A stretch of DNA of 64,000 nucleotides from Vicugna vicugna (lineage: Eukaryota). Made by a program: the position numbers and the translations under genes. Below, piece after piece: positions 35,935 through 49,000 of the stretch. The notes beneath the pieces were generated by a model. It did no database searches. It was not told the origin of the DNA and saw only the letters and a list, made by a program, of their open reading frames with translations. Within the stretch, counting starts at the first letter, position 1, and each line of letters starts with the position of its first letter. The stretch lies in assembly GCA_013265495.1 (NCBI GenBank), contig MU058781.1:9405009-9469008 (forward strand), written 5' to 3'.

Positions 35935-36132
35935 CTGTGGCTCTCATTTCCTGGCTGTGCATTGGAATCACCTGGGAGGCTTTTAAGAAACACTGCTCAC
36001 CTGGTCTGACTTCAAGAGATTCCAGTTTCAATTGAGGTGGATGTAAGAGAAGAATGGGGTGGGACCCAGCGTCCCAATGGTGTGAAGGCTCTTCAGATGA
36101 TTCTAATTGCAGCCTATGGTTTAGAACTACTA
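35935..36132. mobile_element. hAT-Charlie MITE MER5A1/MER5B-like
   Basis: tggctgtgcattggaatcacctgggaggcttttaa...cagatgattctaattgcagcc...ttagaactact. Confidence 0.8.
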
Positions 36133-36314
36133 GGAAAAACTTAGGTTTGGTTTGGGATTCAGATGAGAAAGTGAAGATACCCTGGAAGCTTGTACTTGTA
36201 GGGATCTTACCCTTAAATGAGTAGTGCTTTTCGAACTGTTGGGTTTGTTAGACACCTGATTTGGGGAAGTGTTTTTTTGTGCCAATCTCTCACTTTTTTG
36301 GTTTTTGTTTTCAG

Positions 36315-36355
36315 CTGGCGCTGATCTGTTGCACAGTATTTCTGGCCAGTTCTAG
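36315..36355 (+). other. Candidate 41-nt cassette exon
   Basis: ctcacttttttggtttttgttttcAG acceptor with a branch-like CTCAC, and TAG|GTGAGG donor; product not recognised. Confidence 0.35.
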
Positions 36356-38816
36356 GTGAGGGGCTTTAATTATGGTTTGTCTACTCATCTGTAGGTGTGT
36401 TGGGAGAAGACTGTATTTTTATAGCACACAAATGACACCATCTCTCACCTCTGTGATTCTCTTTATGTAAGGGGATATAGCTCCAGGAAAGAAACTCACA
36501 TAGCCTGAGATTATATCTTGCAGCGTGGGACATTTCAATTTTTCTAATATGATCAATGGAACCAGAGACTTCCTTGCAGTTTTGAAGTTACCGAAAGGAA
36601 AGATTGAGCAGTATTTGTTGGTTGAATGTTGAAATATTCCATGGAAAAAGGAAAGGGAAACAAGTCCTGCCACTGATTTTTCTTGGCAGGGTTTATCGCC
36701 TCCCTCTCGCCACCCCTAAATTTCTGGCAAGTGTGATTAGAAATTGACTTGCAGGATTTGCTCATACTAGCTTCCCGAGACCTCTTTTGCTTGCTTGCTG
36801 CTGATTAGCAGTGGTTAATCTGCTATCTCTTACACGTGTTATCCAAAAATCACAGAACTCATTAGCAATAAACAGCATGAACTTGGTGGGTCACATGTGG
36901 AGGATTAGCCAGATGTAAATCTGGGTTGCACTTGGGAGGTTTCATGTGCCTCGTTTTAAAAATAAATAGAACTCTAGCCTTGAGTAGAAACAGATTTTTT
37001 TTTTAATGAACTATCTTACTGGAAAACAAACTTTATTTTTCCAATAAAAAAATAGGGGAGGAGGTACGTTTTTCTTGACACCAGTGCTTATTTGATTTCA
37101 TGCTCTTTTACTTCTCCTTGCTGATGTTAGACGTGGCAGAAATAAAGACCCAATTTCATCGTTCAAAATGGGAGAAAAATTTAATCAATTCAGGAATTTA
37201 TTCTTAACTGACAGCAGACGTTTAAAATCTGATTGGTCACGGTTGACTAATGTGCCTTTTCGGGAAATAAACATTTCTGTATTTCCCCCACCTTTTTGTG
37301 CTCTCATGACTGCACTACAGGTTATGGAAGTGTTGGCCTTGAAGATCCGATTCTTAGACCTTTTAAAAAAGTGTTTCTCACTAGGAAATGGTAAAAATAG
37401 GAAAAGAGGTATTTTTCATGTGGTTACAATTTATGATCGATGTGATTAGAAAATTTCTGGGTTTTGTTGATAGGCAAACTCACTGCCAGTGTTACCAGAG
37501 ACTCATATGCACCTGTTTTTAATTCCAGCAGAATTTATTAGGATGAAATAAATACCTTACCTTTGAAGAGTCAGAAAAATAATTCAAATTTATTGAAATT
37601 TTTTGTTTATCATTCCAGATCATACTATATCAGATGAGTACATAAATGCCTGGGGGTTGATTCTACCAAGTAGATTTTGTTTCACGCAGACACGTGAATT
37701 AAAGACCTGCTAGACTGCTCATGAGCTGATTCTAGCACTCCCCAAATTTAACAATTGTATATCACACTACCTTCTGTTTTATATTTATTTATTATAAAAA
37801 TGACTAACTGTAACCTGCCGTAGTAAAACATCTGCTTTATTAAAACCTATGCAGGCCTGTCAGCTGTCCTGTCTATCTTTTTGCCCATGAAATCATTGAT
37901 TTTCTGTTTCTCTTCAGTCTTGAGATCCCATTAACAACGTATGTGTCTGCTGTTTTCTAGGGAGAAAGATAATTTGCCCAGTTAACTTTTATTGAGTGTT
38001 TCGGAAGAAATAGATGGTCAGATTTGCAGCAGGCTGACTTTCCAGAGTCATTAGAGAAGGGCTCTTCTTGGAAACTTCTGTCACTGAAGGTGTGTCATGG
38101 GGGATGTGGGAGTAGTGTGACTGATCTTCCTTACTTCCAAAGAGCTCTTCTTACCTTAAAAGCTCTTTGGTAGCAAGGTAGTATAACATTTCAATAAGGG
38201 AGGCCGCAGGGAAGGGTAAAGGGAAAGACAACATGAAATACCAGAAGCAAATAGTTGTATCCATATTCATATCATGTCCATATGGCCCAAGAAATGGATA
38301 TTGAAGTGGCAGAACCAGGCTGCTTCTTGGTCCTTATGATCTTAATTTTATGTATTTGCACTTAAAAAGGATAACAGTGTTAGATCTTAATAGGATTAAC
38401 CTAAGGGAAGTTTGTTACGTTTTGCTTTGACAGTAAAGATGATGGATGGCTCAGGTTCCATTTTGAGATTGTAGCTTCAGATCCTGTAACTTTCACCATT
38501 GCTTCTCTGCTGGATACCAAGGCTATCCAACAGAACTTGTGTGCTACATGACTGAGACTTGGAATATGAGTAGAGTTTGAATATTTTTCCTTTTAATTTT
38601 TTGGAGGCTAATTTTTAGCCTATTTTTATACTAAAGTGAAGTCTCTTTAGGTAAAACAAAGGGCAGCTTTAAAACAAAAAAGTTAAGACAGTGTTGATAG
38701 TTCGTTAAGGTCTCTTTTGCTCAGAATTATCTAGATTAACTGTTTTAATCCAAGTTCACTGATACCTACCTGTTCCTCCTTTTCCTCTGTATGTGTTGGA
38801 GGGCCTCAATAATAGC

Positions 38817-39320
38817 TTTTTGTGGTAAAAGATACATAAGATTTACCATTTTAACCATGTTTCATGTACAGTTCAGTGGTATTAAGTACTCGTCTTGTGC
38901 AACCATCACCACCATCCATTGCCAGAACTTTTTCATCTTCTCAAGCTGAAACTCCTTATGATTAAACATTAACTCCCAATTCTGCCCTCCCCTAGGCTCT
39001 GGAAATCACCATTCTACTTTCTGTTTCTATGAAATTCTCTATTCTAGAGACCTCAGTAGAGCTCTAGAATCCTACAGTGGAATCCTGCATGCTTGTTTTT
39101 TGTGACTGGCTGATTTCCCTTAGCAGAACGTTCTCAAGGCTCCTCCACGTTGTAACATGTATCAGAATTTCCTTTTTTGAAATTGAATGATATTCCATTG
39201 TATGTATACGCCACACTTTGTTTATCCAGTTGTCAGTGGGACAAAATGACTTCTTACACGTTTTGGCTATTGTGAATACTGCTACTAAGGACAGGTATAC
39301 AGATATCTGTTTGAATTCCT
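38817..39320 (-). mobile_element. L1MB (L1MB3/4-like) 3' fragment
   Basis: atttaccattttaacca...gtacagttcagtggtattaagtac...gtgcaaccatcaccaccatccat...caccattctactttctgtttctatga. Confidence 0.9.
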
Positions 39321-39983
39321 AAATATTTTTTAATTGCTTCTCTGCAAGAGATGTCTTTCCAATTATTTAGTACATACTGATGCTGGTTTTGATGCTGATT
39401 TAGTGACTTTAAATGTTTGTGACAAAAGTCTTTTATGTAGCCTAATTGGAATTAGTATGTTGGATATGCGTTAAGGTCTCCAAAAGCATGTGGGACAGAT
39501 AAACACATGGCAGCAAAAACCCATGTAGAATATGCCTGCCTTGATATCATGACCTACTTTCATTGATAAAGACCCATATGGAGAGACTTTTAAAAAAAAT
39601 CAAATTTACTGTGAAGATCTGTGTTTTAGCATCTTTATTCAAAGCAGTGTTGCCACATGACATCTGGGAAAACCAAAGTGTAAAAATGACCTGTGGAATA
39701 TCCTCTGAACCAAAATCCTCAGGGTGGAAGATAATCCATGGTTTCAGATGTATGTCTCCCCTAGAGGAGAGTTCAAGTTCTCTCTTAGAACGTAATGCAA
39801 CAGCTCATATGGCCAACATGTATCACCCTATCCTCATGCTCTTGGTGTTTTCAGTGTGTTCTCTATTTCCCCAAATAGCGTTGACATTTTAATTCTTTTG
39901 GACACCTTACACTTCACTAGACAAGCTCCTCCTTGCAGTTAATACTGCTTTTTGAGCATGAGCCATATTTCAGCTATGATCCT

Positions 39984-40235
39984 ATTACTAGCTAATGTTT
40001 ATTCAGTATTTGGCATATATTGGGCATTGTTCTAAGTTCTTTGTATGTGTTGCAGTTTATTTGACCGTCCCAACATCTCAATGTATTTGATACCAGCATA
40101 ACCTCATTTTACAAAGGAGGAAAGTAAGATGCTGAAGTTAACTTGACTGAGAACACAGTTAGGAATTGGCAGAGCAGGACTCAAACCCAGGCATATGACT
40201 TCAGACCTTATGTGTTTGACCACCATGTTGTACTG
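39984..40235 (-). mobile_element. MIR (full length)
   Basis: agctaatgtttatt...ctcattttacaaaggaggaaagtaag...ggcagagcaggactcaaacccaggca..tgacttcaga. Confidence 0.85.
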
Positions 40236-40819
40236 ACTTGATGCTTTTCAGTTGATCTAACTTATGAGCCATGTGGGAAACATTCTCTGGAGGACAGATT
40301 CTTTTTGACATGTATAATTAGAAGTTGTGTGTGTCTGTCTAGAAACCCAGGCCATATTAAATGATGACAGAGTGGTTAAGAAGTTCAACACCAAAGGACC
40401 AAGGAGTCTAATGAACATAATGATCTTTATTTCACCTTTAAAGATGAGCACATTTCATAGAAAATGAAATTCAAGAAGACCATGCTTAAGAATATTAAAT
40501 ACTTTAATATATTTTTATAAATGGTGTTATTACTTCTCTGTGAATTCCTGTATTGAAAAGAAATTACCAGAAGTCTATATTAGGAATCAGCCTCACTCAG
40601 AAATTGTTATTAAAGAGTTTGTAAGGAATACCTTCTTAGTCCACTTGTAAAGAGATTCCTCTTAATAGAAGATATTGGGGGTTTTGAAAGTACTTATAGC
40701 CACTTTGATTTAAAAATACCTACCTTTATTTACTTGTGTTAGCAAAGGAATGATTTTCTTAATGAGGTCTTAATTCTTAATGCTCATGGTGAGGTTTAAA
40801 ATGTTTATTATAGTTGAAG

Positions 40820-41110
40820 AAACATTCATTGAGCAACAGTTTTAGTTGCCATACACTTTGCTAGATGTTGGGGCTTTGAAGACATTTAAGGACTAATGGT
40901 TACTTTTAAGGTACGCTTAACCTATGAGATAATAAGAAGTAAGAGGAGACTTCATTCTCTTGAAGAAAGAGGCTAGGAGAAAATAACTAGGCGGGAGCTT
41001 GGTTTTGAAGGTTGAATAGGAGTTTTTCCAGGCAAGGTAGGGTGAGAATGGTGTTTGGTGGTCTGAGGGAGAGAAAAAGCCATGCTCAAGGACACTGAGA
41101 CAAGAAGCAG
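40820..41110 (-). mobile_element. L2 fragment
   Basis: aacattcattgagca...ctttgctagatgttggg and ttttgaaggttgaataggagtttttccagg. Confidence 0.6.
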
Positions 41111-41212
41111 CAGGACATGTTCCACAAACCTTACATAAGGAGTTGATTATAAAGACCATAGGCTTAGCAAACGTTTAAAAAACTACTCTTGAGTCTTGTT
41201 TTTACCCTCTCC

Positions 41213-41230
41213 AAAAAAAAAAAAAAAAAA
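41213..41230. repeat. Poly(A)18
   Basis: Uninterrupted A run. Confidence 0.9.
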
Positions 41231-41379
41231 CACCAAAACTTGAGTCTCAGACGCTTTGGTTTTTGTTTTGAGGTTGAAAAATAATATATGTAAATTGTTC
41301 AGTAAAGAACAGTTTAATGACAAATTTAATTTTAATATTGATATTATCAATGATTACTATCATTTTAAAATTTCTGTCT

Positions 41380-42080
41380 TTTGGTTTACTGTTTTGAATA
41401 ATACATTTGCATAATTCAAAACCCGAAAAGTAGAAAAAGCTCCCATCTTGGTGCCTCATGTATCAAGTTCCTCCTTTTTAGCCCCCACAGGAAACCACTG
41501 TTCTTAGTTTCTTATGTATCCTTCCTTAGTCCTTAGGCTCCAGAAGGAAATATGAGTACCATTTCTGTCCTTTCTGCTTTTTCACAAAAGGTAGCATATT
41601 ACGTTGTGAAGTACCTTCCTTTTTTTTTTAATTAACCATATATCTTAGATCTTTCCACATAGTTTATAGGTAACTTCCTCATCCTTTTTTTAAAAAGGTG
41701 CCTTTTGTTTTTATGTAGCTTGACTCATAAGAAATTGCAGTGATATTGTTAAAGTTCCTGTGTGATCATCACCCAGTTTCTCCCAGCGATAATCTTACAT
41801 AACTAGTGCACTGCCCAAACCAGGAAACTGACGTTGGTACAGTACTATTAACTCAGATAGAGAGCTTGTTTGATTTTTGTATGCGTCTTTTTGTATGCAG
41901 TTTTTATAGGATTTCTTTGGTGGGGGATACATAATTCTATGAGATTTTACCATCCTTACATATTCAAGCAACCATCACCATAGTCAGGGAACAGAACTAA
42001 TTGTTTCTCACCACAAAGGAATTGCCTTCTACTACTTTTTAATAGTCACACCCTTTCTCCAGTCCTAACTGTTGGTAACC
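41380..42080 (-). mobile_element. Old L1 fragments (L1ME-like 41380-41700; L1MC-like 41700-42080)
   Basis: cccacaggaaaccactgttcttagtttcttatgtatccttcc; acccagtttctccc...aaaccaggaaactgacgttggtacagtactattaact...tttaatagtcacaccc. Confidence 0.7.
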
Positions 42081-42829
42081 CACACATTTTATGTGTGCCT
42101 ACTTTAAGAAAACCCCACCATATATTATACCTTCCTCAAGGGTAAGAAACCTTTCAAATTTTTATATTCCCTATGGGCCTGTGCACTTAATGGGTACTTA
42201 AGACTTGTCGAAGCACAAGAATCAAAACCAAGGCAATGCCAAGTCAAATAGACAATTCAGAGTTGAGAAACAAATGAGTCAGGATAATTTGCTTTGCAAA
42301 ATAACAAAAGTTCAGACTTAAATAGGCACTCCTCAATGTGAATTAAGTGATAATTTACCATTTCTTTCTGGCAGGACTCACTCAGTAACATAAAAGTGCT
42401 AATGATCGGAAACACAATTTCTCTAAAACATCACTTTACACTTTTCAAAGCGTTTTCATTTTTATAATTTTTTTTTTCATTTTAAGGACCTCTGTCACTG
42501 CGATTTGATATAGTTTGTTATCTCTGGTTGACAGAATAGAAAACTGAGCCTGAGAGAGAAGACAGTGAACAATCCCTGAGTCTTAACTTGCTGTTTGATT
42601 TAATCTCCCCAGCTCTTTGGTCGACTTTGCTGTTCTCATTCTGCAGAAGAGAAGGGTGCTTAGAGGTTCAGTAACTTGTCTCTGGTCAGTTTATAACAGA
42701 CAAGATTCCAAACTCCATACTCATCACCACTCCATTATCAATACTCTATTTGATTTTTAGCCTTTTTAGAAATGGTGGTGGCAGTGGTATTTCAGTACAT
42801 CACTCACTTTAAAAGGATAAATTCTGTAG

Positions 42830-43085
42830 TAGTTCATAGAAATGGTTAAGGGCTCTTGAAGTCAGCCAGACTTCTATCCAAATCGCAGCTCAACCTTCCT
42901 CTAGTTTCGCTGACCACGGACATACTGTTTTGTTTATTGAGTTCGTGTTTACTCATCTGTAAGATGGAGACCCTCTAGTTCTTCCATCAGGCTGAAGCAA
43001 TTAAAGGGAATAAAACATACAAAGCACTTAGCATAGTGTCTGGTACCTATCTACCACTCCTTCAAAGAACAGCAGCTGTTACTAT
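42830..43085 (+). mobile_element. MIR
   Basis: tggttaagggctcttgaagtcag...ctcatctgtaagatgg...taaaacatacaaagcacttagcatagtgtctggtac. Confidence 0.8.
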
Positions 43086-46000
43086 ATCTGAGCCTTCATT
43101 TTATGGACTTCCCACTTCTAATATCACATTTTAAGATTGTGTTATGTGCAAAACAACGTACTATTGATGGAGTTAATGTGGCTATATAGTGACTTGATTT
43201 TTAAACTTAGAAATTTAGACTGCATTTTGCCTCTATAATTTAAAAATTTGTCATTAAAGTTGCTGTACCTTCATATCTGAGGCTACCTTTCACCACACCC
43301 CTTTCACAGTTGATGATTTTGACCTGTGAATGAGTGGACTTCCCAGACATGAAGAGTTTGTATAGCATGGGACAACTGTGAATGAGCTTTTTGTGGCTTA
43401 GCTCTTTCTAAGGTTCTGGTAGTCTTACCCCAGTATATCCATGAACATGCATTACCTGAGAAATGGTGCAGTGAAGAACAGGTAGCTGGTGTGTGTGTTG
43501 AGGGATACTCGTGTACAGCTCCTGTAATAAGAAAAGATAAGTGCAGTCAACAGGCATTGCAGTCACATCCTTTGAATTGTTCAGAGAACGTACTTAGCGC
43601 TGCTTAGTGGCATGTTTGCTTAGGGTAAGATTGACGGTTGAGGTATCTGTGAGAAGCATTTGTATCACAGTGACGCTGCAGAGAGCTCTTTCCTGGGTTA
43701 GATTTCTAGGAGATTGGATAGGACCTCCTGAGAAACTTTCCCATGCCTTCCCTCAAGACACATTAGAGAGGCAGTGGGTGGAGGAGGGCCAGAGACTCTC
43801 TGGGAGTGAGCTGTGACTCCCACCCCGTGTGCTGTACAAGCCTCCTGTACTTGGGGCGCCTGCACAGAGCAGCCTGGAGGAGGCTTGGCACATCACGGAA
43901 AGTGTGTTCATGTTCCTCTGGGGGACTCTTGGACTTCCTCCAAAACCTGATCACCTCAAATGTTTCAAGTGTCTGCGTGATAAAGGTTGATGCTGAGTGA
44001 GTGGGGCTGAAATCAGATGGATAGAACAGTGGCTCTCCACTCTATATGCAGATGAGATGGGAGTTCTCTTGAACCTTCCAGATGATTCTATGCTACAGCT
44101 GGGGGTAAGAGCCACTGGGATAAAGAGAAAGCAATCTGACAAAAGGGCAAGAAAGCCTCCCCCCCCGGCCCTACACTGGATGGCTGGGTCCCCAGGCTTC
44201 CCAGGGAGGCCACTGGCTGAAGTTTCTCTCTTCACGTTCTGGGTATGGATGCACTGGGCAGAAGTGCTGTGGACTGCTGCATTCACCCAGCTGCATTTCC
44301 CGGCTCTGCTGGCCTTGGGAGTGAGGGGCGCAGCGTTTCTCTACTTGCCTTTGGAATCATTATTATTTAAAGCCTTGGTGCTCTGGCTTTAGACAGAAAT
44401 GTATGTTACCTTCTGAAGGATATTGTGTTTAAATCTTAATAATTTGTCTCTTTCATAGAAGAGAAATAACTGTGCAGTGTGGACAAAAACCCTCGGAGAA
44501 AACCATGTGTTTCACATTTGCTAAGAATAAGTCATTCCCTCTCTTGAGCTCTCAAGTCATAATTTGGAAATCATTCTTTTCCTGTGAAAGCCAGAAACCT
44601 GGTTTTTTTCCCCCTTGTCCTTTTGATAGCAGCTGTAACAAAGGTTCCCATAGGCAAGAGCTCTCCAATTGACAGGATGCAGGGGCTAGTCGTGGAAAAT
44701 GCATGGATGTGCTTCTTGTCCATTATGTCTTTTATCCCCTGTGCTGTGTGTCCGACCATGATGTCACTCACATGTCTTTGGTGCATCCCAAGTCCTTTTC
44801 TAAACATGAACTACGGAAGAAGCAAAAACCGGTTGAGGGTATGATGTACATTTCAGGAACATTTTAAATGGTCTGTTTTGGAGGCACTCAGTTCCAAAGT
44901 ATTTACTGACATTCATCATCCAGCTTCAAATGATTAAATGTCTTTCTGATCACATGGTGCCATGTTTTGCATAAGGTGACATATCTGTCCTCTTTTAAAT
45001 GCATGGGCATTGACAACAATCTCATTTCACTGGTGAGTTTGCTGAAGCATTATCATGGGACAGCCAGAGTGATGGAGCAGTGCTCTTCAGGTAGGGAAAC
45101 GCTGCCAGCTTGGTTTGTGTTTGGTCTGCCTAGAGTTTTACTTCTTAATTGTCTGTTTTAGTTAAGAGTAATCCCTTTTCATGCTAGGAGCCATAATTAC
45201 ATTATAACAGACTTAAAAATTGTCACTTCCCAGTAGTATTTCTCAGAGTGTAACCATTTTTATTTCATGTAAGATTGCTTTTAATTTCCCCCCTAACATT
45301 GGGAGAGAGACACCAATACTTAGATTTCCTAGTTTTAATTGAAAGAACTCAGAGTACGTTCTGGTCAAGTGGAGAAGTTCAGGAGTGATGGAGGGAAGTC
45401 CTGGATCCATATGAAGTGGTAGCGATACGACTTTAATGTGATAGGAGACTTCATATACCTTGACGGTTTTTAAAGTAACATTTAACATTTTGCCTGAGAA
45501 TCTGATGCTTTTGGTAAATATGGGATCTAGTGAGGCATACTCATTTCTGCCTCTCCCCTTGTTTTCCTTTGATCATGTTTGTTTTTGTGCCTTTCTTGAA
45601 GGAACCACATGTCTCTCCCTGACTGGACAGGCCCGGAGATGGAGATAAGTAGGGCCTTCATAGACACCTATTTCAAGTTTGTTCTTGCAGCAAGGCCAGG
45701 AGGGTGGAGGACATCTCTCTGTTTGGAAAGTGCAAATGTGTAGGTAATTTTTTTTTCCAAACATGAAACTGCATTTGGACTTAGTTAATTTTCAGGTAAC
45801 TGAGCCATAGGGCATATGCCTTTAATAATCATAACTTTTTGTCTAGGACTTTTTTCATCTCACCTTTTCTAGAGTATTTTGACTGGTACATCTTTCAGAG
45901 AGCTATATTTTTTGGGCTTAAGATATACATTCTTTTTATTAGGTCTTTCCCCATTCAATACTAGGTATTTAGGAAGTTAACTACATGTTTGGAGGATGTG

Positions 46001-49000
46001 ATACCATGATATTGCTCAACTGATTAATTGTATGGTTGTTGCAGTATGGACTTATAGATACTGCAGATAGTGTTAATGGTTAGTGGTCAGATAGGCAGAG
46101 TGAATTACTATTTTAAACTGGCAGGAAAATTGACTTTAAATGGAGGTTTCTGATTGGCTGCCTAAGGCTGTTACAGTGATGTCAATCTTAGAGAAGATGA
46201 ATTGGGAGTATTACTCATTTTCATTTATGAGTTTAATCCTATGGGTAAGCAGTGTGGGACATCCAGGCAGTAATCCTCTGGCAGTTGGCACCTAAAGGCT
46301 GTGCGACTCTGTAGTAAGATGTGGAAACACATAGTACTCATCTCTTTTGGCGTCTGTTTTTTTCCCTCCTTATGTTTTGGGTTCATGTCTCCTGATGGTC
46401 TAGGGAATCACTGAGATACACGAGTTTTATATTTTGGTTTCTTTGTAGAAAGGCAGCAAACAGAGTTCAAATTAAGTTCACAAGTATTTGCTTGGCTGCA
46501 GATAACTTTTTACCAGCTGATGATGGTCAGTGAACATGGAGCCAAGCCAGGGCAGGTGGAGAGGAGAGGGGTCTGTGTGTGTAAGTATATTTTCTGTCTC
46601 CCACACCTTGGTTCCGTTGGACCATCAAAACTAAAGATGTTGATTGGTTTTCTTCCTGGGATGGTCTGTTTTATTGGCAAGCCCTCAATCAGCTATTGAA
46701 TCCCACGGCCTAAGCCTTAGAGGGGTAAATCAAGTTCCTAACTGATGGATGTTTCCAGCTCTGACTTGAGTCTCTCCTGCCCCACCCTCCACATGTGCTT
46801 CGATAGTCATGGAAATGGAGAAAAGTCCAAAGAATCAGATTTCCCACTTGGGTTTTACTGATTTAGAATTAGGAGTTGGCTTAATTAAATACCATCTTAT
46901 TTTCTCTTAATTTGAAGAAAAACAGAGGCTGTGTGTGGGAGTTAGTGTGACCTAAATTGTAGCATGGGTATGTGACACCTATTGGAGGCTAGATATATTT
47001 TAGAAATGGGACTTTTGTACCCACAGTTGTTGTGGTAATTATGTGTTGGCTGGGCCAAACTATCAACATCTTACTTTGTTATGTTATGCCTCTCAGAGTA
47101 ATCCAGCTTTTTTTAATTGTGCGATTCGGATGAACCTTCAAGGCAATTAATGTGAGTTGAGTTATATTGAACCTGCATTGCAAGATGCATGATGACTTCA
47201 GTTTGTTCCATGATGTGCCAACTCCTATGATCTTAAAATCAGTGATGGGCAACATGTTATGACATTGGCCTCAGATGAATGCTTCCTAAACCTAGATTTT
47301 TCTTTTTCCCTAGTAGTAAACCAGACTGTTAACACCAGCATCGATGACATTCTTTGGCTGCAGTTCAGTCATTTGAGAAGAGTTTGAGAGGCTTTTTAAA
47401 AGTTCATGTATCTGTACTGTCTCTTCTAAATACAGAACCATATCACACCAAGAATGTTAAGTTCTGCAGTTAAAAGTCCGTTTCACGGTAATTATAATGA
47501 CCACAGCATTAAAATCAGCTTACCAAGAATAAAAAAAGAGGGGGTAGCTGGGGACTGAGAGGAGCACTTTGGGTTTAGGTTGATCCTCTGGGGCTGGCAG
47601 AGTGTCTGGGCAGCAGAGCCCAGAGCTGGATCCAGGCTGCACCCTGTAGTTTCTCTTTCCACTTGGACAGAAATGGAGGTGCTGGGCCTTTAATCTGGTC
47701 CTTGCCCAAAGCCAAGTTAGTGTTAGGCTGCATTTCTGTTTTGAACACATTTGTCCTCATTTCCCCTTTTCTCTGCTTGCCCACTAGGAGGGAAAAAAAT
47801 AATCAGACGTACTGCCTGGGTGGAGCCACCCTGGGATCCCAGTGCCCCGGGATGTTCTGGATTAGCCAATTTGAGCTTTTCAGCTGATGAGGAGGGGGTG
47901 GGCTGCAGCTGCTCTGTCCTGCCTTCTCAGGTTTCCTTCCTCCCCTCTCACTCTAAAAAGGTGAAGCCCTGTTGTTGAGCTTGGAGGACATACTGGTTGG
48001 GAGCTGGGGGGCTGCTGACAGCAGCTGTGTCGTTTTGTGGGGAGGAATTCCAGCATATTCTTGAAAGGTGTGGGATGAAAAATACTCACCTTTGCGTTTG
48101 ATACTTGTGTAACCTTTCCGTGTGTGCCTCGGAGCTCAGATGTGGATGTGCAGGGGTGGGAGGATGGTGTGTCTTGAGATGCTGCTAGTGAGGTTGGGTG
48201 GGGAGGAGATTGGAACCTCTTGGGCACCATCAGAACGGGAGTCAGCATCCAAGGAGGCAGAGACATACCCTTTGGCTTGCATCCTTGACGCTCCCCGGGT
48301 GAATTAGAAAGAACCGTGGCCCGTTGTGTGGGAGATGGGAAACCCAGTGAGCCAGCTTGATTCCTCCTTGGAGGAATAAGACTTCTCAGACTGCCTCCCC
48401 CTTCTCTCTGCTGGGGGTGTGGAAGAGGCAGTGCGGGGTGGGGAAGAGGGAGGTTTTCTGCTTGAGTTGATTGAAAAAACAGCTGTTCTTCTCCATTCCC
48501 CTCCTTACCCTCGCCCGCCCTCCCCGTCGCCCCATCCTTCTTTCTGAGGCAGGATACAACAACTGTGCTGTCAACTTTGGCAGCGGTGAAGCATGTTAAT
48601 ACTTTTTGAAACGGAAACCTTTTTTTTTTTTTGTCTTTTTGGCATGGACCTGTTAGGTTAAAACTGGGGGAAAAAGAGCATAAGTAATATTTGATACAGT
48701 CATTCAAGAAATGATTTGTATTCATCTAGAAAAGGGTCAGAGTTCAGTGGGTTTGAGTCTACAAGAGCCAAACTCAGATAAGGGAACGAGCCAGCATTCG
48801 GAGCTGGCAAGCTCATGCTAGAACTTGAAAGCATGTGTGCAGCTCCTCCTTTATTATCATAACCTCTTGAACAGAATACGTCGTTTGAATCGACAGTAAA
48901 TGCTTCTCGGTGGATAAGTTTATGACCTAGTTTTTTGACCAAGAGCACTTACGGGATTGAGCGGCACAGGGAAGAGCCAGGGAGCTTGGACACCATTGGC

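Noticed and set aside
47880..48725. Longest ORF in the window (281 aa, minus strand)
   Set aside because: No recognisable domain; composition reflects poly-T and G/C-rich low-complexity tracts; antisense to the inferred host transcription. Best explained by chance in a GC-richer block.
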